From assembly GCF_902459465.1 (NCBI RefSeq), contig NC_047072.1, positions 9,300,001 through 9,364,000 on the forward strand: DNA of 64,000 nucleotides, given 5' to 3'. The notes beneath the pieces were generated by a model. The model was given only the letters and a program-made list of their open reading frames with translations, ran no database searches and was not told the origin of the DNA. The translations under genes were made by a program, and so were the position numbers. Shown piece by piece: positions 50,301 to 62,630 of the stretch. Positions within the stretch are counted from its first letter, which is position 1. Each line of letters starts with the position of its first letter. The DNA comes from Asterias rubens. Its lineage: Eukaryota.

Positions 50301-50761
50301 TTTTTCATTTCAATTAAAAAAAATGTTTTATCGTACACCTGATGGTCTTTTTATGTTGTATTTAACTATTTTTTTGTTTCAGCGCATAGAAACCATGTAT
50401 TTAGCGCTATATAAATGCATGTTATTATAAGTATTATTATTACCGGGGTAGAACTGGGGTAAAGCGGTTATTCCCCAGGGATTAGAGTAGTGTGAAAAGG
50501 GCTTTTGAGTTACGTTTTTTTTTTTTTTTTTAACATTCTGTGTTTCAGACTTGCTGCCTGATCTCAGTGATCTGGAGGTATCGTTATGAACCCATGATCA
50601 TGCTGAAGGAAGAATGGCTATGGCCTCTAGCAGGAGTTGTCTCCTTCCCCAGCGGCATCCCGGGGGCTCTTGGCATCTCCATCTGGATCCTCATCTGCAA
50701 CAACATCTTGAAGAGGGCAGGGAAGATCGTCAGCTCCATAAATACAAAGACAGAAACATGA
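47373..50761 (+). CDS. GET1: Guided entry of tail-anchored proteins factor 1 (WRB/CHD5)
   Basis: 4 exons: 47373-47456, 48416-48581, 49500-49567, 50549-50761. Total 531 nt = 176 aa + stop, phases consistent. Coiled coil NVKEDFPKYARIERKINKIKDD and C-terminal WLWPLAGVVSFPSGIPGALGISIWILICN match recalled WRB motifs. Confidence 0.93.
47648..47958. repeat. Two inverted copies of a 132-bp MITE (GET1 intron 1)
   Basis: 47648-47779 and 47827-47958 are reverse complements with 2 mismatches. Each copy has its own TIR ttccgtatggcgccaccactttttca. Confidence 0.92.
48613..48975 (+). mobile_element. TTAA-flanked MITE, family B
   Basis: TTAA|AGCCATTGGACAC...GTGTCCAATGGCT|TTAA. Confidence 0.85.
49637..50022 (-). 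mobile_element. TTAA-flanked MITE, family A
   Basis: Both TIRs and both TTAA intact. Confidence 0.88.
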
Positions 50762-50851
50762 CAGTAGGTGTTTAGTTCGGTTGATGGAAAAGCATGATTG
50801 CCTGTATGTATGAAAGAAAGGGATAGATGTGGGCGGATCTAAGATTCAAAC

Positions 50852-51024
50852 CTGCCGTCGATTTCACAAAACTCTTCCTAACTTAAGACTAATCTTAGGA
50901 CTTAGGACGAGTCCAAACCCTGCACTGTAGGATGCAGACGTTAAGATTAATCCTACCTTAGGACGAGTTACTTGTCCTAACTCGTGATAAGACGAGTCCT
51001 AACTCTTTGTGAAATCGACCCCTG
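50852..51024. mobile_element. MITE with GTCGATTTCACAAA TIR, just 3' of the GET1 stop
   Basis: gtcgatttcacaaa (50857) / tttgtgaaatcgac (ends 51019); internal taggacgagt repeats; related diverged copy at about 56420-56570. Confidence 0.7.
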
Positions 51025-51557
51025 CACCCTCTGTACAAGTGCTCTGCCATTCTTGTGTCGAACCTGTTCTTTCAGTGTAAAAACTATTTTTAAGTGCCCT
51101 TTAAACATATGTTAGACCATGTGACGTGTGACGTGTTTACGAAAGAACCACAGGGCATGGACTTCTTGCAGGTCCGCTTTGGACACAGCTCGGTAGCAGA
51201 AAACAATCAGTCTTATATTTTGTAGAGATTGCATTGTCTTATTTGTATCAATGTTTGATGTGTAGAAAGGAGTACATCATCTCAAAACTTGTACAGCTGG
51301 TGTTATTTTTTTTATGAGTCTTGACTTTATATAAAGCAATTCCATTTATAAAAGGTACTAGGATTTTTTTCCTCCCCACTCTGTTTGGGTTATTCAATGG
51401 ACTCTACGTTAATTTGCATAAAAATTTTTTATGGGTTTTGTTTTCTCTGTATGAAAATATCCTTGCCTCAAGTTTTTTAGGGACAGGGTAAATACAGTGT
51501 GTTGTAGTTTTTATTTATTAACAGGCATGACATTCGGCCTAGTAGTCAGATTTACTC

Positions 51558-51968
51558 ATAGAGCTATGTTTATTGACTAGAGTGCTAACACCCCGTTATA
51601 CACGCACTAAGGTTTTTATGCCGTGTGTGCGCATCCATGTTTATGTACAAATCAACACAAAAGCTTGAAACTTTGTACGGCAATTGTACGGCTAGAATGA
51701 GCATAAAAACTGCGAGCGTCATGTGCGTCAAATTTAAAAGGCGCGTATACAGTTTTGTAGTATGTCAATCAAGTCGAACTTACGGTGTACGCAAGGGCAG
51801 TCGCGTACGTAATTAAAGCGCATACTCCGAGTGTTAAAAAAAAGCGGCAATGTGTGTTCTCTTAAAATAAAAATCGTTTCGTAGTCAAGCAACACATCAA
51901 ACATGTCTGCGCCCAGGGTGGCTTCAAAACGCAGAGCAAGTTAGCACTCTAGTCAATATAGCTCTATG
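51558..51968. mobile_element. MITE with CATAGAG termini
   Basis: catagagctat...tattgactagagtgctaac / gttagcactctagtcaatatagctctatg. Confidence 0.75.
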
Positions 51969-52173
51969 GAATTACTATATAAAGCATGTACATATTATAG
52001 GCCAGTCCTTGTGATACTTGTTCTTACTATTTTCCAAGTGCCAAATATCATGCCTGTTATTATTATTAGTCAGCTTTTTCCAACATTCCCAGCACTTAGA
52101 CAAAATCATGCTTTTCAGTGTTTCCTAAACTTGTGTACTGAAATACATTAAATTTTTGCTGAGTGTGTTATTG

Positions 52174-52533
52174 TTAAAGACAGTGGACACTATTGGTAAT
52201 TGTCAAAGATCTGTCGTCTCACTTGGTGTATCTCAGCATATGCATAAAATAACATACCTGTGAAAATTTGAGCTTGATCAGTCGTCGTCAACGTCAACGA
52301 AAAAAACACCCATGTCACACGAAGTTGGGTGCTTTCAGATGCTTGATTTGGAGACCTCAAATTCTAAACTTGAGGTCTCGAAATCAAATTTGTGGAAAAT
52401 GACTTCTTTCTCGAAAACTGCGTATCTTTTCTCATGTTTTACACTACCAATCTCTCCCCATTACTGGTTACCAAGTGAGGTTTTATGCTAATAATTATTT
52501 TGAGTAATTACCAATAGTGTCCACTGCCTTTAA
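52174..52533 (+). mobile_element. TTAA-flanked MITE, family A
   Basis: Both TIRs and TTAA present. Confidence 0.85.
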
Positions 52534-52812
52534 GCAAACCAAAAGGTACATGTTCCCTTACACAAAATACATTAAGTTGAAAGTACCCTTTCTATAAACC
52601 ACTAATGTGGATGTACAATAATCATCGCCACCAATGCATACAATTGTTCTTATTGACCCACTCCAGAAGTAACTGCATGAAAAATGAAAACTATTATCGA
52701 TGGTTTGCACATTTTAGTCGTCCTTCAGTTCTTAGAGAGCAAGATTGAAGGTGAGAAATTTATAAATCAGTGTTGAGGGAAAACCCATAATAATACTATA
52801 TAACCGCAAGTT

Positions 52813-53164
52813 TTAAAGTCACTGTTTGACACGTTTGGTAATTGTCAAAGTCCAGTGTTCTCACTTTGTGTATTCCAAATATAGCAATAACAAAAAAATT
52901 GTGGAAAAAGAAAATTGTGCAAGAAAATAATGAAAGAAAATAAAAAAATGGTGTGCTTTCATCTGCTAAGACCTTAAGACTTCAGCCTTGAAGTCTTTTT
53001 AGAATCCAATATTTGAGTGAAAATTACCTCTTTCTCAAAAAATACTGCGGGAGCCGTTTCTCACAATGTTTTATACTATCAAGAGCTCTCCATTTCTGTT
53101 ACCAAGTAAGTTTTTATGCTAATTTTTGTTTTGATTCGTAACCAAAATTGTACAGTGCCTTTAA
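52813..53164 (+). mobile_element. TTAA-flanked MITE, family A (old, degenerate)
   Basis: TTAA at both ends; degenerate family A motifs (gggagccgtttctcacaatgttttatactatcaa). Confidence 0.65.
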
Positions 53165-53907
53165 GGCAGTTTTGAGTTAATTTGAATAAATATTGCAATG
53201 AATTCTTCGCATTTGTTACAAGTGAACGCTCAATGTTGAATCCATGCGACAATTTGCTTTACATGTGGTTTGGGGAATACTTTTACGAAGACCCCAGTTT
53301 TTACAGTGTAACACCTTATCACTGGGCCATCCACACACATCTATATCTAGGTCCAAACATGTTGGAGTCTAGTGTAGAGAAACAGGTGGATTTTTTTAGG
53401 ATTGAGGTCAAATGTTGGCAAGTGTGCCTTTGGAGTAAGGGTTTGTAGACTGTTCAGTGGTCATACTGAAATATAGGCCTATAGTAAGACTGGTAAATAA
53501 ATAATATTAATAATGAAAGCGTATATATATAACGCCTTATGCCAGGCCTCAAGGCGCTTTCTACTATCAATGTTTAAAAAACAACACTAATTGAAGGAAA
53601 GGCAGTCTTAAAACCACAAAAAAGGTATAGAATTTAAACTTAACAAAACCACAAGGAGCAAACCATGATTACAAAATACTAGAGGTGAGAGGTTACCAGC
53701 ACCTCGCCCTAACGACAAGAACCTAAACAACAACATACATAAAGATACTAAAAATATTTAAATACAAAGACAAAATCTAAATACAATAAAAAAGACGAGA
53801 AGCACAACAATCTATACAACAGAAAGGCAAAAGTTAGTAAAACTTAAATGTCCTGGCTGAGCAGACTAGTGCTTCAGGCTCAAGTTCAAAACATTTTTGT
53901 TTGGCAA

Positions 53908-54046
53908 TTTTTGAACGTGTAATTGGTGTAGTCATTTTGAACATGTAGTTGGTGCAGCCATTTTTGAAGTGTAGTTGGTGCAGCCATTTTTGAACGTGTA
54001 GTTTGTGGGGCCATTTTTGAACGTGTAGTTGGTGCAGCCATTTTTG
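53908..54046. repeat. Minisatellite, unit of about 26-27 bp (tttttgaacgtgtagttggtgcagcca), about 5 copies
   Basis: Directly visible tandem array. Confidence 0.85.
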
Positions 54047-55129
54047 GCATCACAGGCTGTACGTTCCTCTCAGGAGCTGAGATGGTTTCAGGAATGAAAT
54101 AAATGGCCCAGGACCACTTTGAATTGTGACAAATTGTGATTAAACAGTCTGAATTGTCTATTAATTGAAGCGTGCACCATGTGAAGAGGTCAGCCCATGC
54201 ACTTAATATGTCTCTTTTCTTTCCTAGGACCAAATATCATATCTGTTAATAATAATAACAACATTTTTACATTTATTAAATAATAGCATGGTGATTCGAA
54301 ACAAACACGAACATGACATGAATTGATGTCCAAGAGTTGTTAGACGGAAACCAGTTTTCTTTGAATAATTCGCCCCAAGAAGATTGTTATCAAAGCATAC
54401 TTCTGAAAGAGTGACTTTGCAGAATCTTGTCCAAGACTCGATGTTCTCGCGCATAAAAAAAAACCCAAAACAAAACACACAAAGCAAAACTGAAATGACC
54501 TTGGACTAAGAGATGAGCAATAATGTTCCAAATGCACGTCTTTCCTGGTAAACAGCGATACTAAATCAGCCAAATCTAGGCCGGCCGAATGTAAATTGTC
54601 TTTTTCTTGAATGAAACCCAATTTGATATCATCTGATGAAATCAAGAATCGGGCATTCCGCTCTAAGCATACACAAAAAATCCATTTCAACCATCCGGGG
54701 ACACAGTTTTGCCTCATTTAACGAGTTTCTTGAAAACGGACATTTTACAAGAAAATAACGAATAGAGGAGTGTCTCTTACGGTTTTAAAGCAATGTGACC
54801 GTATTTGTTTTTCAAGCAATAATGGCGTTATATTTGATGATAGTTGATGTAGTTACCGGTAAAAGGGTCTATCTGAGTGGATAAAGATCAGCTGGTTGGG
54901 GGAGATAATAACAGTCTGAATTGTACTACCTGAATGGTTGTCAGTTTCTATTACCGTGTAGTGTGTTCAGGAGTGGGTCTGTATCCGTTTTGAAACAGAG
55001 TATTTTAACAGATGCATCTATGTTGTGATTGTCCCCCTTTTTATGTCCCTCAATACCTCCTGTCCTTCCGCATTTCCCCTTGTAAACCTGGCTTTTTGTG
55101 ATCATCCCATGGTCTTCACTTTAAACAAA

Positions 55130-55660
55130 ACCACTCCAGGGTCAGAAATAAATCGGATTTCGGTGGGGGAGGGGGGGGGGGTGGGGTGATCCATTTTTGG
55201 ATAAGGCTGACCGGGAAAGTGGTTATTGGGATTTTAAACTCCGAGTCAGTTTGACCCATTTCTAGGTAATTTTGATACAGTTTACGGGTCATTCTGACCC
55301 AGAAAAGGGTCATGCCCCATGGGGGTGCAGATGGAGACCCCGGTCAGTTCTGTCCCCAAAGTTTCGAAAGTGTTATGATTCAATACTTTTAATTCGTCCA
55401 CGATTTGATGTTGTGTACAAAACCACTGATTAAATGGAAAGACAGAGAGATTGTCTATTTGAGAATTTCAGCATTAGTGTGCATCCTTAAAAAACCTTCA
55501 GGACAATTGTTGAGGATTGCAATTCTAATGTGCACTAATTTTCGGGTTTAATCTCGGATTCTGCCTCAGTTTTGACAAATTTCTGGGTCATTTTGTCACT
55601 GATCCCGGGTCAAGCTGACCCAGAAACGTATCGGGTCAAATCTGAACCGGGAGTTTTGTT
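55130..55660. repeat. Dispersed repeat rich in gggtca/tgaccc motifs (two adjacent pieces)
   Basis: Shares ccgggaaagtggt...tgacccattt motifs in reverse with 62440-62630. Confidence 0.5.
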
Positions 55661-56761
55661 TATTTAGAGCGATAGGAACTACGTCTCAAACCAATTGAAC
55701 GTGAGGATTGTTATAGTTAAGTAGCAATGTTTAGTGTTTTGTAGCAAGTGATTAGTGTTTAAACATCAATCCAGACAATAACTGCAAACCGCCTGGATTT
55801 GCCCTACAATGTGTCAACCCCATAACGTGCCAATATATTCCCCCGCGCATTGCTCTTTAATCTTGGTGTGGCTTTCAGTCGACATCTTCAGGGGAACTCT
55901 TGAAAAACAAAAAGTCAATACTTTATTCAAAATTCTTTCCGAGTCACGCCTGCCGTCGAGTCCATCTGGATGCGGTCCCCGTGCCGGTCACAGCCAAAAT
56001 CGATGCAAGGGGACATCCGTTCCGAAGAGAGTCAACATCGACACCGGATGGTCTGGGGTAGCTTGTACGGGGCAACGGAGCGCTCTACCCCGGGCAAACC
56101 GGGGCCAATTAACTCGCCTCACATCGGAAGCTCTCGAGTTCCTCCATTGGAAACTGAATATATTGAGCACACTTCCGCAGTGGCCTGGTATATATTTGCA
56201 AGTTAGTAGTGGATATATTTTTTGTCATCGCGTGTGTTTGTGTAGTCTGAACTGTGCGCGTTCCTTTTAGGCTGCTGACATAATGATGGATGATCAAATG
56301 AGTAAAGAAAACGAACAATCCTATATAAGCCATACAAATATGAATAAAAGCAAAATATGTGTATAGAAATATTGCGATTTGTGAAACCAGTTACACCATG
56401 GATGGGGTTAAAGGCAAGGCAGCTGATTTCACGAAATGCTGTGATTATTGCTACCTATATCTCGAGTAAGGACGAGTATTACTAGTCCGAACTTTAGGAT
56501 TAAAGGTTTACATGTTAGTGCTAAGCTGGGACTCGTCCTAAGTCCTAAGATTAATCCCAAGTTAGAAAGCTATTGCAAGCAACTATAAGAGCTGTTGATA
56601 AGTGTACAACTTTCTCAGAAACGGCTCCCTCTGAAGAACGTAGCTTCTCACTAAATTATTTTAATTTGAAAAATACTTCAGGTCTGAAGTCTTCTCCAGG
56701 CACCAGATACATATTTTGTTGAGTATACCTAATGTGTCTATCGCCTTTAAGCCGTTAAACG

Positions 56762-57126
56762 TTAAAGACACTGGACCCAGTTCTCAGTTGGGTGTATCTC
56801 AACATATGCATAAAATAACAAACCTGTGAAAATTAGAGCTTAATCGGTCGTCGAAGTTGCGAGATATTAACGAAAGAAAAAAACACCCTTGTCGCATGAA
56901 GTTGTGTGCTTTCAGATGCTTGATTTCGAGACCTCAAAATTCTAAATCTGAGGTCTCGAAATCAAATTCGTGGAAATTACTTCTTTCTCGAAAACTACTT
57001 CACTTCAGAGGGAGCTGTTTCTGACAATGATTTATACTATCAACCTTTCCCCATTACTCGTAATCAAGAAAGGTTTTATGATAATAATTATTTTGAGTAA
57101 TTACCAATAGTGTCCACTGGCTCTAA
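56762..57126 (+). mobile_element. TTAA-flanked MITE, family A (internal deletion near the left end)
   Basis: Family A body and right TIR aattaccaatagtgtccactg; a degenerate reverse piece lies at about 56570-56750. Confidence 0.8.
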
Positions 57127-59070
57127 ACCACTATTTGTTTTTATTCGCATTACGCAAAACGACAACCCACACCGTAAGGTTTAGTCTTGGTCTCGTTCTT
57201 GGAAGTATAGTCTGTATTTAAGGAATGCAGTTTTTTCATCACTTTTTTTTTTCTTTTAACTGTACAAATATAACCATTGATTAAAAAGAAAGAAAAAAAA
57301 AAAAGAAAAGAAAATCAACTGATGCAGTTCTCGTGAAACCGGTTTCCGGGCTGATGACAGTTCGGAGTGGGTAGAATAATACTGAACCACTCAGATATCA
57401 TCCGGAGCAGATCCCGTTGTGATTGGAGTCTGAGAAATTTTTGTGTTTTCTTAATATCATCAAACAATATGACGTTTACCGTACTGAATAACAGATATAC
57501 TATGTTGTAGTTTCTTTCGCGAATATGTCCACGCATGAAGTGAAGAATAATCCATATGAATAGAAAATAATGATCATATTTTGAGCATAAAAACACTGAT
57601 TGTTTTTCATAACCACATTACTTCGAAGTGAAATGTTTCTGAAAATGCTTTATACTAATCCAAGGCTCTGAAGCTGCGGTACTTCTTACCACATACGTTT
57701 TATTGACAATACTTTTTAGAGTCATATCCCAAGCGTATATGGCAGAGATGATAAAAAATAACCTGTCCGTATTCCAGCAATTGTGCATGAAGGGGTTGTC
57801 TATAATGTAGGTACAATTACAAAAAAACAAAATTCTCCATCCATCTGTTCCTGGCCGGCCCAGAACTCGTTGTTTTGAATCGTCCCTTTTTATATCCTTT
57901 GTAGTACCTTGTTTGGACACGATTGTCTCGTACGTACAATATTGTCTATATTTGTATTAAACGTTGTTTATAAAAAGTGGGCACCTTTAAGGTTTCCACA
58001 TGATAACCAATAAGTAATTAAAAAAACAAATAATAAAAAATCAATCAGGCTACCGGTAGTTTCCTTAAAAAGTTACATTCGTACGTGACGGTACAAGAAC
58101 TCGATACACCACTTCAACTCTCAGCTTGAATGACAATTACATTTTTTATTTTTTGTGCCAAGTTTCCAGACATAATAATGCACGTAATCAAAGTTTGTTG
58201 CACTGTCTTTTGTTAAGTTTACAAACAGGGTCACATTTCGGACACGTGTTTGTGAAAACACCCTCAACTCAGCAGCATTCGTTGAACAGCGCCTCCAACG
58301 TTAATGCCCCATCATTGCTTGAACCTGTAAATCTGGTCTCTGCATAATGATAAATTCCCAGTATTAAGTATGTTAATAGTGTTGCGAACGCAATTTTCAC
58401 CGGGTAAACAAGGGCTTTTGCCTCCAGTGGCCTTTGATTTTCCTTTTTTTTCTTTCTTGTTCTTCCTCTTGGTCTGCCGTCATCCCCCCGGTGTACTCGT
58501 GAGGCGATTCAGCTCATTGCGCCCCGGTAGGGTTCTAGTCATCATCGCTTACGGTGGATGCCTTCACAGCTAGAGTTCCTTATTGTATAGTTATTTTTTT
58601 CTTTTTTTCTATTTTGGCAGTGGGGGTAAAACCATGCTTTGACATGAAATAAATCACCATGAATGCACACCAGATTCAGCCGGCGAGTTTCTTTTCTAAA
58701 GGCGTGTGTACTCAACTCACGCAGCAGTGTTTTGATAACGTTTGTACCCGCTGGTTACATCGCTCGTGGGGAGTCTGTTTTTGATTTTTTTTTTTTAAGC
58801 ATTTTCTTTCCCCTGCTTTGATTTTTCGATTTTGTCGTTTAGGAAGGACCTTGCTATATGCTCACACGCACCCACGGAGCCGTTTTTCTCCATTTTTGTA
58901 CTTTGAAAAAGACTGACACTCAAGTTGATTTCTTAATGCATATACTGTACACTGGTTTTTCTACTCCGTAAGAACCTGACATTCAAATGAGTTTGACCAG
59001 ATTGCTATGCCGCCAAGCATGAACCTTCTTAGACTTTGATCATCATTCCTCATGTGGGTGGACTGCCCCA

Positions 59071-59246
59071 ATCACTGTTACTTCACTCTCTTTGGACAGT
59101 GGCCCGTCATAGCCTGTGATCTTTGACCTTTAGATACATAATCGCCACAAGTTGAATCACTGTTACTTCACTCTCATTGGACAGTGACCCGTCATAGCCT
59201 GTGATCTTTGACCTTTGATACATAATCACCAATCACCACAAGTTGA
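59071..59246. repeat. Tandem duplication of about 85 bp
   Basis: atcactgttacttcactctc...gcctgtgatctttgacctt...ccacaagttgaa starts at 59071 and again at 59156. Confidence 0.9.
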
Positions 59247-60393
59247 AGATTTCTTTGAGGACATCGAGGAGATGGTATCTCCGGTTTTGACCCACTGAGT
59301 TTGGCATTGGACCTGTGCGCGTGTGTGTGTTCTCTGCCTAGGCAGGTGGGTGTCGAGAGGCGTGGCGTTTGGGGTAACCTTCTCAACGGGCTGTTAGTTT
59401 TTTTTTTACTCAGGAGGAGTAGCTCGGTCTTGAGGCTGCTGTTCAGCATTTCATCTTCGGTCTTGCAGCTTTTGATTAAGGGTTTGGATTCAAGGAGCTT
59501 ACAGTCCCCCTTGCTATCAAAATATTGCCGTTTTCCCATGGAGTGATTGCAGAGAGGCCATTTACCTAGTGCCCACTAGGTTCACATGATTCTTCACCCT
59601 TGCAAGAGCTGGCAAGATTTTCATTTACAAGCAATCTCAATCTCCCCACTCACTCGGTTGCATCCGAATGCTGAACGAGGCAATCGTCCTCAATGCTATG
59701 TCATCGCTATATGATATCTCCACGTGGTACAATTTGCCGTGTTGAAACCTCGAAGCGGTGACTACCCGTTAATCACTCTGCGCTGCATGTATAGCTCTCT
59801 CCTTGCACGATACACATGACTTCATCTGACAGCTTGTACAGTGCATTGACATTGTCTCTCCCACCTTCGCGCAACGGCACGTGGACTAATCTCCTCACAC
59901 AATACCTGATGTGCAGCATGCTGCATCCCACAGTTGTAAATTTGCTTTTCTCACCGAGTTTGTGATTTTTCGTTTTACTTCAGAGAGTTGCAGGGATCCC
60001 CACGCATCCTTTGATGATGTTTTGATAGCTTGAAATGGAAGTTTGTGCGTGAGAGCCGAATGGAGTCAATGACCTAAAACCCAATTGTTTTGAATCAGTT
60101 TGACTTTGACTCGGACTGTGGATTTGTACCTAGGTCTGTCTTTATTCTGAGTTTATTTCCAATTGACTTACAGGCATCAGTGCGCGCATGATGGACCGTT
60201 CTTCAAGTCATTGTGCATTGCGTTGGGGATAGATGTACTCGCACCACCTCAGCTCTCTGAAGCTGTCTCGAAGAGCGACTCGGAGATACCATCAGATGTA
60301 ATCTACACAGATATTGATACTTATCAATGTACCTCATGCAAAGAGGTTGAACAGCCATAGATCCTCTCATTTGTACCTCAACATTACATCGCA

Positions 60394-61160
60394 ATGCCGC
60401 CCCAGAAAGACAGATTTGTCAACTTTATCGTAGGACCATCAAAAGGTGGTGAAAACCATCACGACCAAGATGGTGAGATCCACATGGCGGGGGTGAGGAT
60501 GTACACCGCTAAGTCAACGCCGTGTAACCGCTTAGCTGTCGCCATCGCAGTCATAGCAGTGTGCCTTGTCTTAATCTTAACTGCATGTCTTCTCGTTACT
60601 CTGTTAGCGAGACAGAGCACCCAATGCTCAAACCTGACATCGGAACTGGACGGTAACTCCGCTGGCGATAAGGATGTTGCGAATCGGGGCACCCAAGAGC
60701 CCGAATTCGGCCCCATCACCACCCCGGCTAGCAACGGCTCCGTGGGCAACCCACACCCTCGCAGTTTCCGCCTCCCGATAACCCTGAAGCCCCTGCACTA
60801 CGAGCTGGAGTTACGTCCTGACATTTCCAGTAACTCTTTTGCGGGGGCGGTCGTGATAAGGTTCCAGTGTTACAGCCCCACTCGTTTCATTTTGCTCCAC
60901 AGCACCGAGCTGGACATAGCTAATTCGATCGAGCTCACCGAAGTTGGGCAAGGGGACGGACGAGGAGCAGGCGAGGCACCCGGGCTGCTGACCGGAGAAC
61001 CCGAATTCTTTACCCCGTACGCGTTCATGAAACTTCAACTCAACGGCCCTCTGAAGAAAGGTCATATTTACTCGCTCAAAATCAGGTACCATGCTAAGTT
61101 CAGCGACAAGCTTATGGGGCTTTATGTCAGCAAATATGAGGCTAACCATGGAAAAACAAA
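60394..61160 (+). CDS. M1 family aminopeptidase (aminopeptidase N-like), first coding exon; remaining exons not found in the window
   Basis: Type II signal anchor (LAVAIAVIAVCLVLILTACLLVTLL), Ser/Thr-rich stalk, FRLPITLKPLHYELELRPD, ILLHS, GHIYSLKIRY.AKFSDKLMGLYVSKY; phase-2 donor AA|GTGAGT at 61160/61161. The HEXXH exon is not in the window, so catalytic status is unknown. Confidence 0.85.
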
Positions 61161-62439
61161 GTGAGTAGGAAAGTGCATTGCTATTTTATATGATTGTCAA
61201 ACCTAAATTACTAAACCAATGTTAAAACCCTGACCCAAATTCGATATTCACTGCAACTACTTTTGCTGTGTAAGTTATAGCTCTTCAAAAACCGAACTTT
61301 CGAAAGTTAACCAAGAGAAAATGCCAAAACTTTACAGCTCCGAAAACCAACAAGGTTTATGGCAAATTTGATGTATGAAAGGCCGAAATGACTTTCCCAT
61401 CGGGGATAATTGAAACTGAAGTTGAAAATAGCAATTTTCGTTCACAAATCCTTCACCAAGTTTAAAAGAGACTAAGAGTCACAACACACATACAGATCAC
61501 AGCGCAGTCTTTCTCTTCCACAGTAAACATTGACTTTACTCAGCGCATTACATGTGTTGAGTGGTATCTTGACATTCGCGCTTGGTAATGTTCACATTTT
61601 CAAGAAAACTGGCAATGTTTTTTTTTTTACTTAACTCGTACGCCATTTTTTGTTGCCAATACGCAACTGTTTGATTTCGAATTGTGTATTGTTATGTCGT
61701 TTCAAATGCCTGCGGAAAAATCCAGAATTTATCTTGGACATTTGTAATTTGTCAATGCAGCAAAGGATGTTTAAACACACAATATTGTCTCTATGCTGAT
61801 GGTTTATTTGTTACACGTTATACCCACAATGAACCTAACTTGACCCCTGAAATTGCAATTCCTATCCCTTTGATCTACATTTTATTCTACCCTTTGAGTA
61901 GTTTCGAAAGTAACGGAAGCCTCTGTTGTTTTTACGGGGACTTCTATAGCATCCGCTTTGCCATTATGTCAAATTCGACTTCTTGGAAACCCCTACGAAT
62001 CCGAGTGGTGACTTACGCCCGTTTTTGCTTATAATTGATTCCATTAAAATGCCTTTGAAATCACTGAATAGTTAATATTCGTGTCTCTGATGTTAAGTGC
62101 CGTCTTGGGCGGACTCCATTGGTTTCAAGCTCCTGCATGCCATCTCAGAATGTCAACAATCTCAACCCGTGTCTCTAGTGTAGGTTTGTTGTTTCTACAT
62201 GGAATAAATAAAGTACCTGACCATGGAAGTGCTTTCAGTTCTGTTTTCATTTTATAGAAACGTTTTCCTGTCCGCAAAATGATATCCTGCAGTCGTGGAG
62301 TTCGATTTCTCAGTCTTGTTTTCGATTTTTTTTATTTTTTTTAAATTTGATTTGCTGAGATTGATTTGTGTAACTAGCCTAATATTGTCATTCTGATCAC
62401 TGGTGTGCAGCAAGGTCACAAGACACCCACAATTCAAAA

Positions 62440-62630
62440 CTACCGGGTCAGAAGTGACCCAGACTCGGGTACTGTGGGGTCAGGCTGACCCTGTCTGTGT
62501 CAAGCTGACCCAGTCTGTGTCAAAATTAACCAAAATGGGTCAAATGACGCACAATCTGAGTTTACATCCCAAAGTTTACAACCACTTTCCGGGTCAGCTA
62601 AACCGGAAATCGGGTCAAATCTGACCCTGG
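62440..62630. repeat. Dispersed gggtca/tgaccc repeat
   Basis: Homologous in reverse to the region at about 55130-55340. Confidence 0.5.

Noticed and set aside
53886-54717. Three minus ORFs of 87-125 aa
   Set aside because: One is driven by the minisatellite; none has a recognisable domain or a consistent splice chain.
55809-56270. 153-aa ORF in a GC-rich island
   Set aside because: No recognisable motifs; more likely a promoter or non-coding exon. I could not support an ncRNA call.
57315-57920. Two consecutive minus ORFs (93 and 100 aa)
   Set aside because: AT-rich and no family recognised. A decayed gene or transposon fragment cannot be excluded without BLASTX.
59192-59546. Overlapping 115-aa minus and 81-aa plus ORFs
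   Set aside because: The minus ORF has an in-frame stop shortly upstream, its end runs into the 85-bp duplication, and neither has a recognisable domain.
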